This document shows positions 1 to 7,625 of a stretch of DNA of 46,219 bases, in pieces. Under the pieces are notes generated by a model that was given only the letters and a program-made list of their open reading frames with translations, did not search any database and had not been told where the DNA came from. Made by a program: the position numbers and the translations under genes. Source of the DNA: a virus (Duplodnaviria; Caudoviricetes). The DNA is taken from the IMG/VR virus record IMGVR_UViG_3300011337_000466, positions 1 to 46,219 of that record, one strand, 5' to 3'. Within the stretch, counting starts at the first letter, position 1. Each line of letters begins with the position of its first letter.

Positions 1-361
1 AAATAATAAACATATATTCAAAACATTGATAATATCTGTTCGTATCAGGAAATGTTAAAGAGTTTTTCCGATAAATCATCGTGTCGTGTAGGTTAAATCC
101 AATTTCTTTAAAATAAAGTGCTTGTTTGAATGATGTTCCAGTTTCACTCCCTTTAATTGTTGCGTCTCCAACTACCCACACTACTACACCACCCTGTTTT
201 GTTACTCGGTACAATTCTTTAGCAATTCCTTCAAAGTTAAAAGTGTAGCCGTTATATGTTCGTAAATTATCGTAAGGTGGCGAAGTAACTGTTAGGTCAA
301 TACATTCGTCATCAAATGTTTTCATCACATCTAAACAATCTCCGTGTAATATTTTGTTCAT
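1..361 (-). CDS. N4-cytosine DNA methyltransferase (beta class), N-terminal part; runs off the window start or continues across the circular join into 46092..45594
   Basis: Manual translation from ATG 361: MNKILHGDCLDVMKTFDDECIDLTVTSPPYDNLRTY... contains GDCL and the SPPY catalytic motif. Confidence 0.9.
   Translation of the reverse strand, partial: MNKILHGDCLDVMKTFDDECIDLTVTSPPYDNLRTYNGYTFNFEGIAKELYRVTKQGGVVVWVVGDATIKGSETGTSFKQALYFKEIGFNLHDTMIYRKNSLTFPDTNRYYQCFEYMFII
111..237. repeat. 127-bp exact repeat of the contig end (46093-46219)
   Basis: AAATAAAGTGCTTG...CCTTCAAAGT is identical at 111-237 and 46093-46219. 127 is a common assembler k-mer length, implying a circular or terminally redundant genome. 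Confidence 0.95.
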
Positions 362-375
362 ATATTTCTTATTAA

Positions 376-1134
376 TTATTGAGAGAGACGTTTATTAATA
401 ATGTCTATGTATTCTTGTTCTTTCTCTATTAGTATGTAGTTACGCCCTGTGTTTTTACAGGCTAATCCTGTAGTGCCTGAGCCTGCACAGTTATCGAGTA
501 CCAAGTCTCCTTCATTGGTGTAGGTTTTGATAAGATACTCAAATAAAGCAACTGGTTTTTGAGTAGGGTGGAGTTTCTCTTTATCTCTATTAAACTTTAT
601 TAGATTTTTAGGATACCTTTTTCCATCACTTTTTGTTTCAAATCCACCCACATCTTCACGCCCACCTTTACCCCCTCTCACAACAGCAGAGTTTTCTTTT
701 TGCTGTCCTGATTTTATTGTATATGGCTTTCCTTCAGTAAATTGAGGATTATATTTCATAGTCACTCCGTTCTTTGTAAAAGAACTCGCACCCCTAGAAA
801 ATACACAAATATCTTCTGTGATTTTTAATGGTTGAAACTTGCTATTAAGAAAGTTTGTGCCGTTGTCTTTCTCCCATACCCAATTATATTTATACATAGA
901 TAAATTACTTGCGATAAGCAGAGAAGTAAAAGGTTGCTGTGCTGTAAGCACAATAGCCCCGTTATCTTTTATAATTCTCTTGTATTCTATCCATAGCTTT
1001 TCAATCGGGATTATTGTATCCCAACTAGCAGGAGTAGTGCCGTATGGCAAATCACAAAGTATCATGTCTATACTCTTATCTGGTATATCTTTCATTACCT
1101 CCAAACAATCTCCTTGTATTACTGTGTTAATCAT
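376..1134 (-). CDS. DNA methyltransferase, beta class (N6_N4_Mtase family, DLPY motif)
   Basis: GDCLEVM, CDLPYG, HPTQKPVAL and LDNCAGSGTTG motifs. Confidence 0.95.
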   Translation of the reverse strand: MINTVIQGDCLEVMKDIPDKSIDMILCDLPYGTTPASWDTIIPIEKLWIEYKRIIKDNGAIVLTAQQPFTSLLIASNLSMYKYNWVWEKDNGTNFLNSKFQPLKITEDICVFSRGASSFTKNGVTMKYNPQFTEGKPYTIKSGQQKENSAVVRGGKGGREDVGGFETKSDGKRYPKNLIKFNRDKEKLHPTQKPVALFEYLIKTYTNEGDLVLDNCAGSGTTGLACKNTGRNYILIEKEQEYIDIINKRLSQ

Positions 1135-1159
1135 ATATTTCTTATTATCTCCTCGTTGT

Positions 1160-1269
1160 GAGATGCACTGAGCACTGGTATGCTGTGCATAAAAGCTTCT
1201 GGTGGAACCGAATCAGCGTCCTCATTACACTCGGTTCAAGGTGTAATATACCAGTATTCAATGCACCTC
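1160..1269 (-). ncRNA. Structured RNA element A (22-bp closing helix, two inner hairpins with complementary loops)
   Basis: Arms 1160-1181 and 1248-1269 pair, with G-U wobbles favouring the minus strand. Inner loops GAACCGA and UCGGUUC are complementary. Confidence 0.65.
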
Positions 1270-1285
1270 GTTGATAATGTTCTAC

Positions 1286-1363
1286 TTAAACTAACTTACC
1301 TATTGTAAATACTAAATAAATAACAAGTGCTATAAAAATAATTCCAAAAGTTACATCATTCAT
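1286..1363 (-). CDS. 25-aa hydrophobic single-TM peptide
   Basis: Manual translation MNDVTFGIIFIALVIYLVFTIGKLV*; same orientation as its neighbours. Confidence 0.45.
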   Translation of the reverse strand: MNDVTFGIIFIALVIYLVFTIGKLV

Positions 1364-1381
1364 ATATTCCTAATTACTAAG

Positions 1382-1720
1382 CTAATAATGCTTCATCACA
1401 CCTTTTATACTACCATTCTTAACCATTGGGTCAAGACGACTATCCACACATTTCATTCTGTAAAATATATTAGCAAGTTTCTTATATTCATCAGACATTG
1501 GCGGCTCGTCAACATTAGGAAGACCATCAAATTTCGTGTGGTCCTCCATAATTTTTAAGGCGTATTCCATACCAGCAACAAAGCACGCCTGAGATGTTGT
1601 AGACCATACCCATTTCGGTTTCTCAAACTCATACATCTTATTCTTCATCATTACCCAGATGTACTTCTCGTAATTTATTTGTGAATTTAATATTCTAAAA
1701 AGTGTTTTTGGAACTACCAT
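1382..1720 (-). CDS. hypothetical protein
   Basis: 112-aa ORF abutting the upstream gene; no recognisable motif. Confidence 0.7.
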   Translation of the reverse strand: MVVPKTLFRILNSQINYEKYIWVMMKNKMYEFEKPKWVWSTTSQACFVAGMEYALKIMEDHTKFDGLPNVDEPPMSDEYKKLANIFYRMKCVDSRLDPMVKNGSIKGVMKHY

Positions 1721-1722
1721 AT

Positions 1723-2553
1723 TTATTGTGATGAGTACATAAAAGGAACCTTAATACCTTCTGCTAGTCGTTCTTCATGAGTCTTCCCACCAAATTTATA
1801 ATCGTCTTTAAATGCAACCCAGTACCAGTCTGATTTGTCATACTGCATGTTTTTAAAGTAAATACCGTCTAGCTTAAAAGCTTTCCTGACACCAGGTAGT
1901 AGTAAGGCAAGCATGATTAGTTTCTTATACTTACGTGTTTGCAAAAATACACCTGGCCTCTCCCTTGATTCCATAATATCAAACAACCTTGATATTTCTT
2001 TCCTTGGGTTTCTCTTAAGATTATCAAGATTACATTCTGTTGCCATATCTTGTAACCTGGACCGGTAAGCATCATCATATTCTATAATATGCGCTATAGA
2101 ATAAGCAACCTCTTCTGCGAGATCTTCTTGCAAATAATTCGCAAGTATTTTCTCCAACAACTTATAGAAGTTATATGACGCATGACACATGTACTGTCTC
2201 TTAACCATAAATGAAAAGAAACATCTCCTGAAAAACCAGATAAAGTTTTTTGCTAGTTTTGTTGGGAACAGAAATACTACAGGGAAGCTTGTGTATTGTC
2301 GTAGCATTGATTTAACCATGTTAATAGCGTGTATTCCTTCTGGTCTTGGGAATACTTTGTGTGGGTATTCAGCGTTCTCTATATGTACAAGACAACCAAC
2401 ATACGGGACAAGTTCAAACTTTAAAGTATTGAAGAATATAACTTCGTCACCAATAACAAAGTCTGTTTGATTGAGGTAATACTCTTGTGGTATCCCCATT
2501 TCATTAAAGACAGAATCTCTGTCCTTTTCTTCTACTTTTGTCATGTGTTTCAT
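1723..2553 (-). CDS. hypothetical protein
   Basis: 276-aa ORF tightly packed in an operon. Confidence 0.8.
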   Translation of the reverse strand: MKHMTKVEEKDRDSVFNEMGIPQEYYLNQTDFVIGDEVIFFNTLKFELVPYVGCLVHIENAEYPHKVFPRPEGIHAINMVKSMLRQYTSFPVVFLFPTKLAKNFIWFFRRCFFSFMVKRQYMCHASYNFYKLLEKILANYLQEDLAEEVAYSIAHIIEYDDAYRSRLQDMATECNLDNLKRNPRKEISRLFDIMESRERPGVFLQTRKYKKLIMLALLLPGVRKAFKLDGIYFKNMQYDKSDWYWVAFKDDYKFGGKTHEERLAEGIKVPFMYSSQ

Positions 2554-2555
2554 AA

Positions 2556-3410
2556 TTATAATAATTCTTCGACTTCTATGTCTATTTGTCCTTTCTTATA
2601 AATTACGAGTGCCGCTAGGAATGCCTTAGAGTGCTTATCAAAGTCATACCTAGCATCTACTTCAAAATCATTTCCTTTCTTGCCTGATCTTATAACGACA
2701 GCTCCAACAATATCCTTGTCATACCCCATCTCGTTCCATGCCAACCAGTAAGCTGCACACTGATGGAAGTAAGAATCACCGTAGATACCTGAACTTGTTT
2801 TGAAGTCAGCCATGTATTTCTTACCATTGACCTCTAAAAGTAAGTCAAAACTACCAGCATAGAAATACTTCTTACTAACAGCACTCATTTCACTCTCTAG
2901 GAACTTAACGTGATCCATGGGAGCTAGATTGATGGAGTTCTTGTCGTAAGTATTTGCTTTTAGTCGTACAGGAACTCTACCGTTACACCAGTCTACAAAC
3001 GGCTGTAGTATCCCGTGTAAGTCTTTGTCATCTGGTAGAGCTGGTATATTCTTACCTTTAATGTGAGCCTTGGCGTATTCCTCTACCCATGCGTGAGCTT
3101 GTGTACCGATATCCATAGCTTCACCAGAAACACGCTTAGATGCCCAGTCTTTATTTTCTAGTATGCGTTCTATTTCATATCTATCTTTATCGAGGCAGTC
3201 TTCATAAGCAAGCTTGATGGCCCATTCTGTTACTTGTGGCTTAGCCACTACGTTCAGTATAGTTGTTACACCAGTGACAGACTTTCCGTTTAGTAGATAA
3301 CGCTTCTTGCCACCTTCCTTTGGTCTGAACTCTAGTATATCCACATCCCCGTTCTCATGTATCATCCGTGTCTCGATGACATCGTCTTTTTCGGTTTTAA
3401 TTATCTTCAT
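2556..3410 (-). CDS. PD-(D/E)XK (Cas4/exonuclease-like) nuclease
   Basis: SVTGVTTIL, GTQAHAWVE, YAGSFDLL...MADFKTS and HQCAAY motifs. Confidence 0.85.
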   Translation of the reverse strand: MKIIKTEKDDVIETRMIHENGDVDILEFRPKEGGKKRYLLNGKSVTGVTTILNVVAKPQVTEWAIKLAYEDCLDKDRYEIERILENKDWASKRVSGEAMDIGTQAHAWVEEYAKAHIKGKNIPALPDDKDLHGILQPFVDWCNGRVPVRLKANTYDKNSINLAPMDHVKFLESEMSAVSKKYFYAGSFDLLLEVNGKKYMADFKTSSGIYGDSYFHQCAAYWLAWNEMGYDKDIVGAVVIRSGKKGNDFEVDARYDFDKHSKAFLAALVIYKKGQIDIEVEELL

Positions 3411-3451
3411 GTGTATATCTTACCACGAGTGGAGTTACGGGGTGTGAATAA

Positions 3452-4180
3452 CTATAAGAATGAATTTAATTCAGTGTCGTTTGTTAATACTTTGACTGGC
3501 GCAACCTTAGATTGTATAAGTCGTATAGTAGAATACCTACGAGAAAACGCCCCGAGGTTCATTGCAAACTTTTTATCGGGCGAAACAGCTAAAGCATCTA
3601 TCTTTAATTTAATCTCATCGAGCGGGTGAAGCGAAAGCAGGTGGAGCGCAGTCTCTTTCGTTCCTTTCATGAATCTCAGCTTAGACGGTGTTTCAGGTGA
3701 TATTTTTTCATAGAAGTATAATACGACTGCTTGCCAGTCGCTAACATATGAGTTTATATCTGGTTTCTTATCTGTGTTTATATCTGGTATAGGTTCGCAA
3801 ATTTCTGTAGATGCATTCGCAAATTTTGCGGATGGAGTTACAGTTTTTGGCGGTTGGATTTCCATAACTTTATAAACTGAGTTTTTACACCCGTCAGTCG
3901 TATACCACTTAGTTCGGTCATACTTAAACTGGTTATAGTTCCCAGACATAATATACCCAGCTTTCTCTAACTTATCCAAGTAGTTATACACAGATCTTTC
4001 CTTCCAATAAGGAAACAATTTAGCAAAACTACCAGCTGAATTATAAGTCCACCATCTTCCATCATGGAAGTGTTTTTCCTCACCATTAGCACGGTTCTTC
4101 TTTACCCAGAATTGTATGTTACTGAGAAGAATCGCACACTCAACACCTAGCTCAACAGCTATGTTTTCGTCAAAGTTCAT
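3452..4180 (-). CDS. phage replication initiator (winged-HTH, DnaD/replisome-organiser type)
   Basis: A..LGVECAILL..I.FW..KN, DGRWWTYNS...LFPYW, GNYNQFKYDRTKWYT and EPIPDINTD motifs. Confidence 0.8.
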   Translation of the reverse strand: MNFDENIAVELGVECAILLSNIQFWVKKNRANGEEKHFHDGRWWTYNSAGSFAKLFPYWKERSVYNYLDKLEKAGYIMSGNYNQFKYDRTKWYTTDGCKNSVYKVMEIQPPKTVTPSAKFANASTEICEPIPDINTDKKPDINSYVSDWQAVVLYFYEKISPETPSKLRFMKGTKETALHLLSLHPLDEIKLKIDALAVSPDKKFAMNLGAFSRRYSTIRLIQSKVAPVKVLTNDTELNSFL

Positions 4181-4203
4181 ATTAAATTAACTAACTAATA
4201 AGT

Positions 4204-4330
4204 TAGCCAAAAAGTATAGATGTACACAATTCTTTTGCGCCCCACCCTCTTTGTAAGTAGGTAGGTTGCAAAAGATACAAAGATAACCTTTCGGCTACCG
4301 ATAGTATATCACATTATACTCTTCCTGCAA
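4204..4330 (-). promoter_or_regulatory. promoter and structured 5' leader of the replication initiator
   Basis: TTGCAG-16-TATACT (4330-4303); nested stems 4288-4297/4204-4213 and 4268-4275/4231-4238. Confidence 0.55.
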
Positions 4331-4460
4331 AGATATCGTAAGCATCCTGCGCAATTGTTGTTAACCCAGAGAACTTCTCATTGAAGTTAACAAACTGCTG
4401 CCATAAACGATATAATCCGAAGTTGATTCCTGCCAAAAGCACAATAATTATTATTTCCAT
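4314..4460 (-). CDS. small membrane protein (48 aa), leaderless
   Basis: MEIIIIVLLAGINFGLYRLWQQF...; TTGCAT...TAGAGT promoter 6 nt before the ATG. Confidence 0.6.
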   Translation of the reverse strand: MEIIIIVLLAGINFGLYRLWQQFVNFNEKFSGLTTIAQDAYDIFAGRV

Positions 4461-4500
4461 ATCTTAACTCTATCACACCACAAAACTTATGCAAGGGATA

Positions 4501-4529
4501 ACTAAAACACCCCTTTAGGGTGCCTTAGT
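4501..4529 (-). terminator. intrinsic terminator
   Basis: GGCACCCT-AAA-GGGGTGTT hairpin followed by U residues on the minus strand. Confidence 0.6.
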
Positions 4530-4551
4530 GGTTGCGTATTAAAATTTATAA

Positions 4552-5019
4552 TTACAAGTTTACAATTCCGTTATTAAGGTTGTAACTTCCAACGGTAAAT
4601 GCTTGTGCGGTATTACCTGTTAGGTACATGGTATTAGATCCCAGAGCTGAAGCAGTAGTAGTTATTGAACCACCTATATATTGCGGATTAGCCCATGTGA
4701 CTCGAGGGAATACCTCATAAGTCCACGTCCAAGGTTTTGTAACTATTTCTTGCTTGATAATATTAATTGTGATAGGAAACACCCTGTCACATCTTTCGTC
4801 ATTTTCATGTCGTTCCTTAACCTTATCAAGTCTCCCAGCCTTAAAGTCGTCGATGTCTTGTTTGAGTAACTTAATCTCCTCATCAAGTTCATCTCTCTCT
4901 TCCTCAAGGTCTTTCTTCTTTTGTAAAATTTGCTTAATTGTTTGCTTAAGCTGAGCAATAGATTTTTCTTCAATCTCTTGTTCGGCGGATTGAAATGCCT
5001 CTTTGTATTTGTTTGTCAT
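4552..5019 (-). CDS. coiled-coil hypothetical protein, monocistronic
   Basis: 155 aa with heptad-rich N-terminus; has its own TTGACA/TATAAT promoter and terminator. Confidence 0.8.
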   Translation of the reverse strand: MTNKYKEAFQSAEQEIEEKSIAQLKQTIKQILQKKKDLEEERDELDEEIKLLKQDIDDFKAGRLDKVKERHENDERCDRVFPITINIIKQEIVTKPWTWTYEVFPRVTWANPQYIGGSITTTASALGSNTMYLTGNTAQAFTVGSYNLNNGIVNL

Positions 5020-5124
5020 ATTTTTTAGTTGTTTTGTAACGCAACCGGTAACATTATAACATATTATATTTTTATGTCAATAAATACATTGACTTTATTT
5101 TAATATATTGTGATACTATATATA

Positions 5125-5535
5125 ATGAGAGTTGTCAAGATTAAGACACTGGAAGGCAGAATATGGAAGTTATGCAGAGCAATCATACGAACTAAATATG
5201 GTATTGACAAATGTTTTATATGTGGTGATGAAGTGACTGATTTGAAGAAGCTACACACAGCACACTTGTTTAAGAAAGAAACACTACCACTACAATTAAA
5301 ATATTCATTAAGAATCTTGAGGCCGTGCTGCTACACATGCAATAGATCTCGCCATGGTAATGAGGGCTGGTTTGTTGTTCGTCTTATAGAAGAAGAAGGA
5401 CTAGAGTATTTGAATCATATCATATATGATATAAGAAATTTGGAAGATATAACATCTACTCCTGTTAAACGTGAATTCCTCTTGGAATTAGAGCAACAAT
5501 ATGTTACATTACTTTCTGTTCTCACCAGAGGATAG
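5125..5535 (+). CDS. NinG/Rap-like HNH-fold nuclease
   Basis: CFICG...AHL...RPCCYTCN...HGN zinc/HNH pattern; ATG at 5125 directly after the -10 box. Confidence 0.75.
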   Translation: MRVVKIKTLEGRIWKLCRAIIRTKYGIDKCFICGDEVTDLKKLHTAHLFKKETLPLQLKYSLRILRPCCYTCNRSRHGNEGWFVVRLIEEEGLEYLNHIIYDIRNLEDITSTPVKREFLLELEQQYVTLLSVLTRG

Positions 5536-5554
5536 CAACACCTGCCAACTAATC

Positions 5555-5589
5555 TTGACAGGTGTTCGTCTTTATGGTACATTAAATAG
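5555..5589 (+). promoter_or_regulatory. sigma70-type promoter giving a leaderless endolysin mRNA
   Basis: TTGACA-17-TACATT, then 6 nt to ATG 5590. Confidence 0.7.
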
Positions 5590-6138
5590 ATGAAAGACGT
5601 ATCTTTGTTGCTACCAAAAGTACAAGAAATGACTAGAGTTTTTCTCAATAAATGTAAGTCTGCCGGTTACAATGTAATTATTACATCAACATTTAGGGAT
5701 GAAAATGAACAAAACGCTCTCTACGCACAAGGCAGAACATCTCCTGGTTCTGTTGTTACTAATGCTAAGTTTGGTGATTCTTTACACAACTACAGGGTAG
5801 CTATCGACTTCGCCCCTGTTGATGCTCAAGGGAATATTCCTTGGAATGATAAAAAGTTATTTATGAAAATAGCTGACATTGGTGTGAGTTGTGGTTTTGA
5901 AGCTGGGGCTTACTGGACATCATTCCTTGATCTCCCTCACCTACAATACACCGCAGGGTATTCTCTACAAGATTTCAAGGATAATAAAGTTGATTATTCT
6001 AAGTTCAATACAGAACAAAATTATGTAGAAGAGTTTGTTAAAGCATTAAATAAATTTCAGGAATCTGAAGGAATCTCACCAGCAAGAAAGATAGGACCTA
6101 AAACAACTTTATCACTTAAGAAATACGGATTATTATAA
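5590..6138 (+). CDS. endolysin, peptidase M15 (L-Ala-D-Glu type) with C-terminal PG-binding-like segment
   Basis: FR...EQNALYAQGRT.PG.VVTNA..GDSLHNY..AIDF and DLPHLQ motifs; FQ...GI....IGPKT tail. Confidence 0.92.
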   Translation: MKDVSLLLPKVQEMTRVFLNKCKSAGYNVIITSTFRDENEQNALYAQGRTSPGSVVTNAKFGDSLHNYRVAIDFAPVDAQGNIPWNDKKLFMKIADIGVSCGFEAGAYWTSFLDLPHLQYTAGYSLQDFKDNKVDYSKFNTEQNYVEEFVKALNKFQESEGISPARKIGPKTTLSLKKYGLL

Positions 6139-6139
6139 T

Positions 6140-6406
6140 ATGGAACCAATAACAACGGCAACAATCGTAAGAAGTTTTGCAGGATTAATAATGAGTGAGA
6201 ACCTATCACCAAGAAGGAAGCAAGCTCTTGTGATAGGGATATCAATAATATTTTTCCTCGCAGCTCAAGTAGCGTCAGGGAATTATTCAACAAAAGAGTT
6301 GTATCAATCATTGCTTGAAGGGTGTACTGCTGGCCTATCAGCAATAGGTATGTATGAGTTTACCAAGAAGGGTGTGGACAAGACATCTGTACAAGATATT
6401 GGATAG
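6140..6406 (+). CDS. holin
   Basis: Small hydrophobic protein directly after the endolysin; GLSAIGMYE resembles phage holins. Confidence 0.75.
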   Translation: MEPITTATIVRSFAGLIMSENLSPRRKQALVIGISIIFFLAAQVASGNYSTKELYQSLLEGCTAGLSAIGMYEFTKKGVDKTSVQDIG

Positions 6407-6426
6407 AGTGTACTATTCCGAAAGTA

Positions 6427-6438
6427 GTTCTTTAACAA
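6427..6438 (+). promoter_or_regulatory. boxA-like antitermination site
   Basis: GTTCTTTAACAA matches the boxA consensus (GCTCTTTAACA) and is preceded by a small hairpin (ACTAT-TCCGAAA-GTAGT). Confidence 0.55.
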
Positions 6439-6533
6439 GTGGTGGACAGATGGGGGAGAAATTGACTCAATAATATAGGTGTTTATCACACAAGCGTGGG
6501 AGTCCTAGAAACGCTTCCCCGCCTGTCCATCAC
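6439..6533 (+). ncRNA. Structured RNA element B (17-20 bp closing helix, inner hairpins)
   Basis: GTGGTGGACAGATGGGG pairs with CCCCGCCTGTCCATCAC; inner AAGCGT/ACGCTT hairpin; GACTC/GAGTC complementarity. Confidence 0.6.
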
Positions 6534-6545
6534 AAAGGAGCCGTA

Positions 6546-6815
6546 ATGGCCAAAGGTCACAACCTACGTGAAATGCAAGATGAGTACAAGGAATCCATCG
6601 TTGGACTGTGCCTCATCTGTAGCAAGCCGTGCCATGGTTGGTACGCACGATTCGATAATGCTGGTGTGTGCTCTAAGAAGTGCATGCACGAACAGGACAA
6701 AAAACCTAAATATCCAGGCTACACAGAGGAGGAGTACTTCGCTCGCCAAGGGGAAACCTTTTGCGATTCGTCCTTTCAACTCGATGGAGGTGATGATGGA
6801 AGTCCTGACGGCTGA
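6546..6815 (+). CDS. small Cys-rich (zinc-finger-like) protein
   Basis: CLICSKPC...VCSKKC; strong SD AAGGAG. Confidence 0.75.
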   Translation: MAKGHNLREMQDEYKESIVGLCLICSKPCHGWYARFDNAGVCSKKCMHEQDKKPKYPGYTEEEYFARQGETFCDSSFQLDGGDDGSPDG

Positions 6816-6972
6816 TGACGGGTCTTTCGCACTCGTCTTCTCGAAGGAAGAGAAAGAGCTTGGCCTTGCAATCTTGGAGAACTTCACCGCAACTACCAAG
6901 CAAGGTGAAGAGAACCTCAACGATGCAAAGTCGAGGATCATCATGGCTGGTGAGAGCTTGACTGCTCAATAG
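6796..6972 (+). CDS. hypothetical protein
   Basis: GGAGG SD at 6786-6790 before ATG 6796; corresponds to the 3' part of ORF 6568..6972. Confidence 0.6.
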   Translation: MEVLTADDGSFALVFSKEEKELGLAILENFTATTKQGEENLNDAKSRIIMAGESLTAQ

Positions 6973-6981
6973 GAGTGAATC

Positions 6982-7284
6982 ATGATCGCAAAGAAGTTCC
7001 GTGCGGTGGCGTTCGTGGCGTGCCTGCCGTTCATCCAAGCACACGCCTTCAACCCTGACCTCGACCTCAACGGGTCGTTCGTCAAGAGCGAAGGCCAGTG
7101 CAAACACGAGAAGCGGGTCTACAAGTGCTTCATGCTGGAGAAGGATGCCATCAACTACATCGTGGCACTCGACTCCGAAGGGGTGCTCGCCGTCTGGATG
7201 GTGAAGGAAGTCAAGGACTCCTACACCGAAGGCGAGATGAAGCTGATGTGGCAACGCCAAGGGCGAAGGAAGGAAGACGTGTGA
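6982..7284 (+). CDS. secreted protein with signal peptide
   Basis: MIAKKFRAVAFVACLPFIQAHA signal with A-H-A cleavage motif; AGGAG SD. Confidence 0.75.
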   Translation: MIAKKFRAVAFVACLPFIQAHAFNPDLDLNGSFVKSEGQCKHEKRVYKCFMLEKDAINYIVALDSEGVLAVWMVKEVKDSYTEGEMKLMWQRQGRRKEDV

Positions 7285-7463
7285 TGCTTCTTCTTGAAAC
7301 CGCCATCGAACGTACAGGGAAGGATGATCTCCAGTTCTTCCAAACCGCCTACATGTACAAGTACGGCAAGTACTACGATGTGTGGGGAGATGTGCTTGCG
7401 TGGAGAACGCAGAAGATCGTCCCCAACTATGTCAAGGAATACCTCAAGTATCTCTACGACTAG
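7284..7463 (+). CDS. hypothetical protein (59 aa, Tyr-rich)
   Basis: TGATG coupling to the upstream gene; MLLLETAIERTGKDDLQFFQ... Confidence 0.65.
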   Translation: MLLLETAIERTGKDDLQFFQTAYMYKYGKYYDVWGDVLAWRTQKIVPNYVKEYLKYLYD

Positions 7464-7466
7464 AAT

Positions 7467-7537
7467 GGCAGTGTAGTTTAAGCGTAGTAAAACCCTCCGA
7501 AAGGAAAGATGTGGCCCTTACACCACCACTGCCGCCA
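7467..7537 (+). ncRNA. tRNA-like RNA lacking an anticodon arm
   Basis: GGCAGTG/CACTGCC acceptor stem plus G-CCA; TA linker; GTTT/AAAC D-stem; TCC-GAAA-GGA in place of the anticodon arm; GTGG/CCAC T-like arm. Confidence 0.7.
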
Positions 7538-7558
7538 GCCTCACAAGGGCTGGTTTTT
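7535..7558 (+). terminator. intrinsic terminator
   Basis: CCAGCC-TCACAAG-GGCTGG-TTTTT. Confidence 0.8.
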
Positions 7559-7625
7559 GTTTTGTCCACAGTTTTACCTTTGATATTTTACAAAAATAAT
7601 TATACTAGTTGTAGTCGAAAGACAT

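Noticed and set aside
111-237. Biological direct terminal repeat
   Set aside because: It is exactly 127 bp, lies inside a gene and is offset from the contig start, which is more consistent with assembler k-mer overlap.
6568-6795. Long overlapping ORFs in the GC-rich cassette (5' part of 6568..6972; also 6706..7260 and 7098..7463)
   Set aside because: Stop-poor alternative frames are expected at high GC; SD-led starts define the shorter genes.
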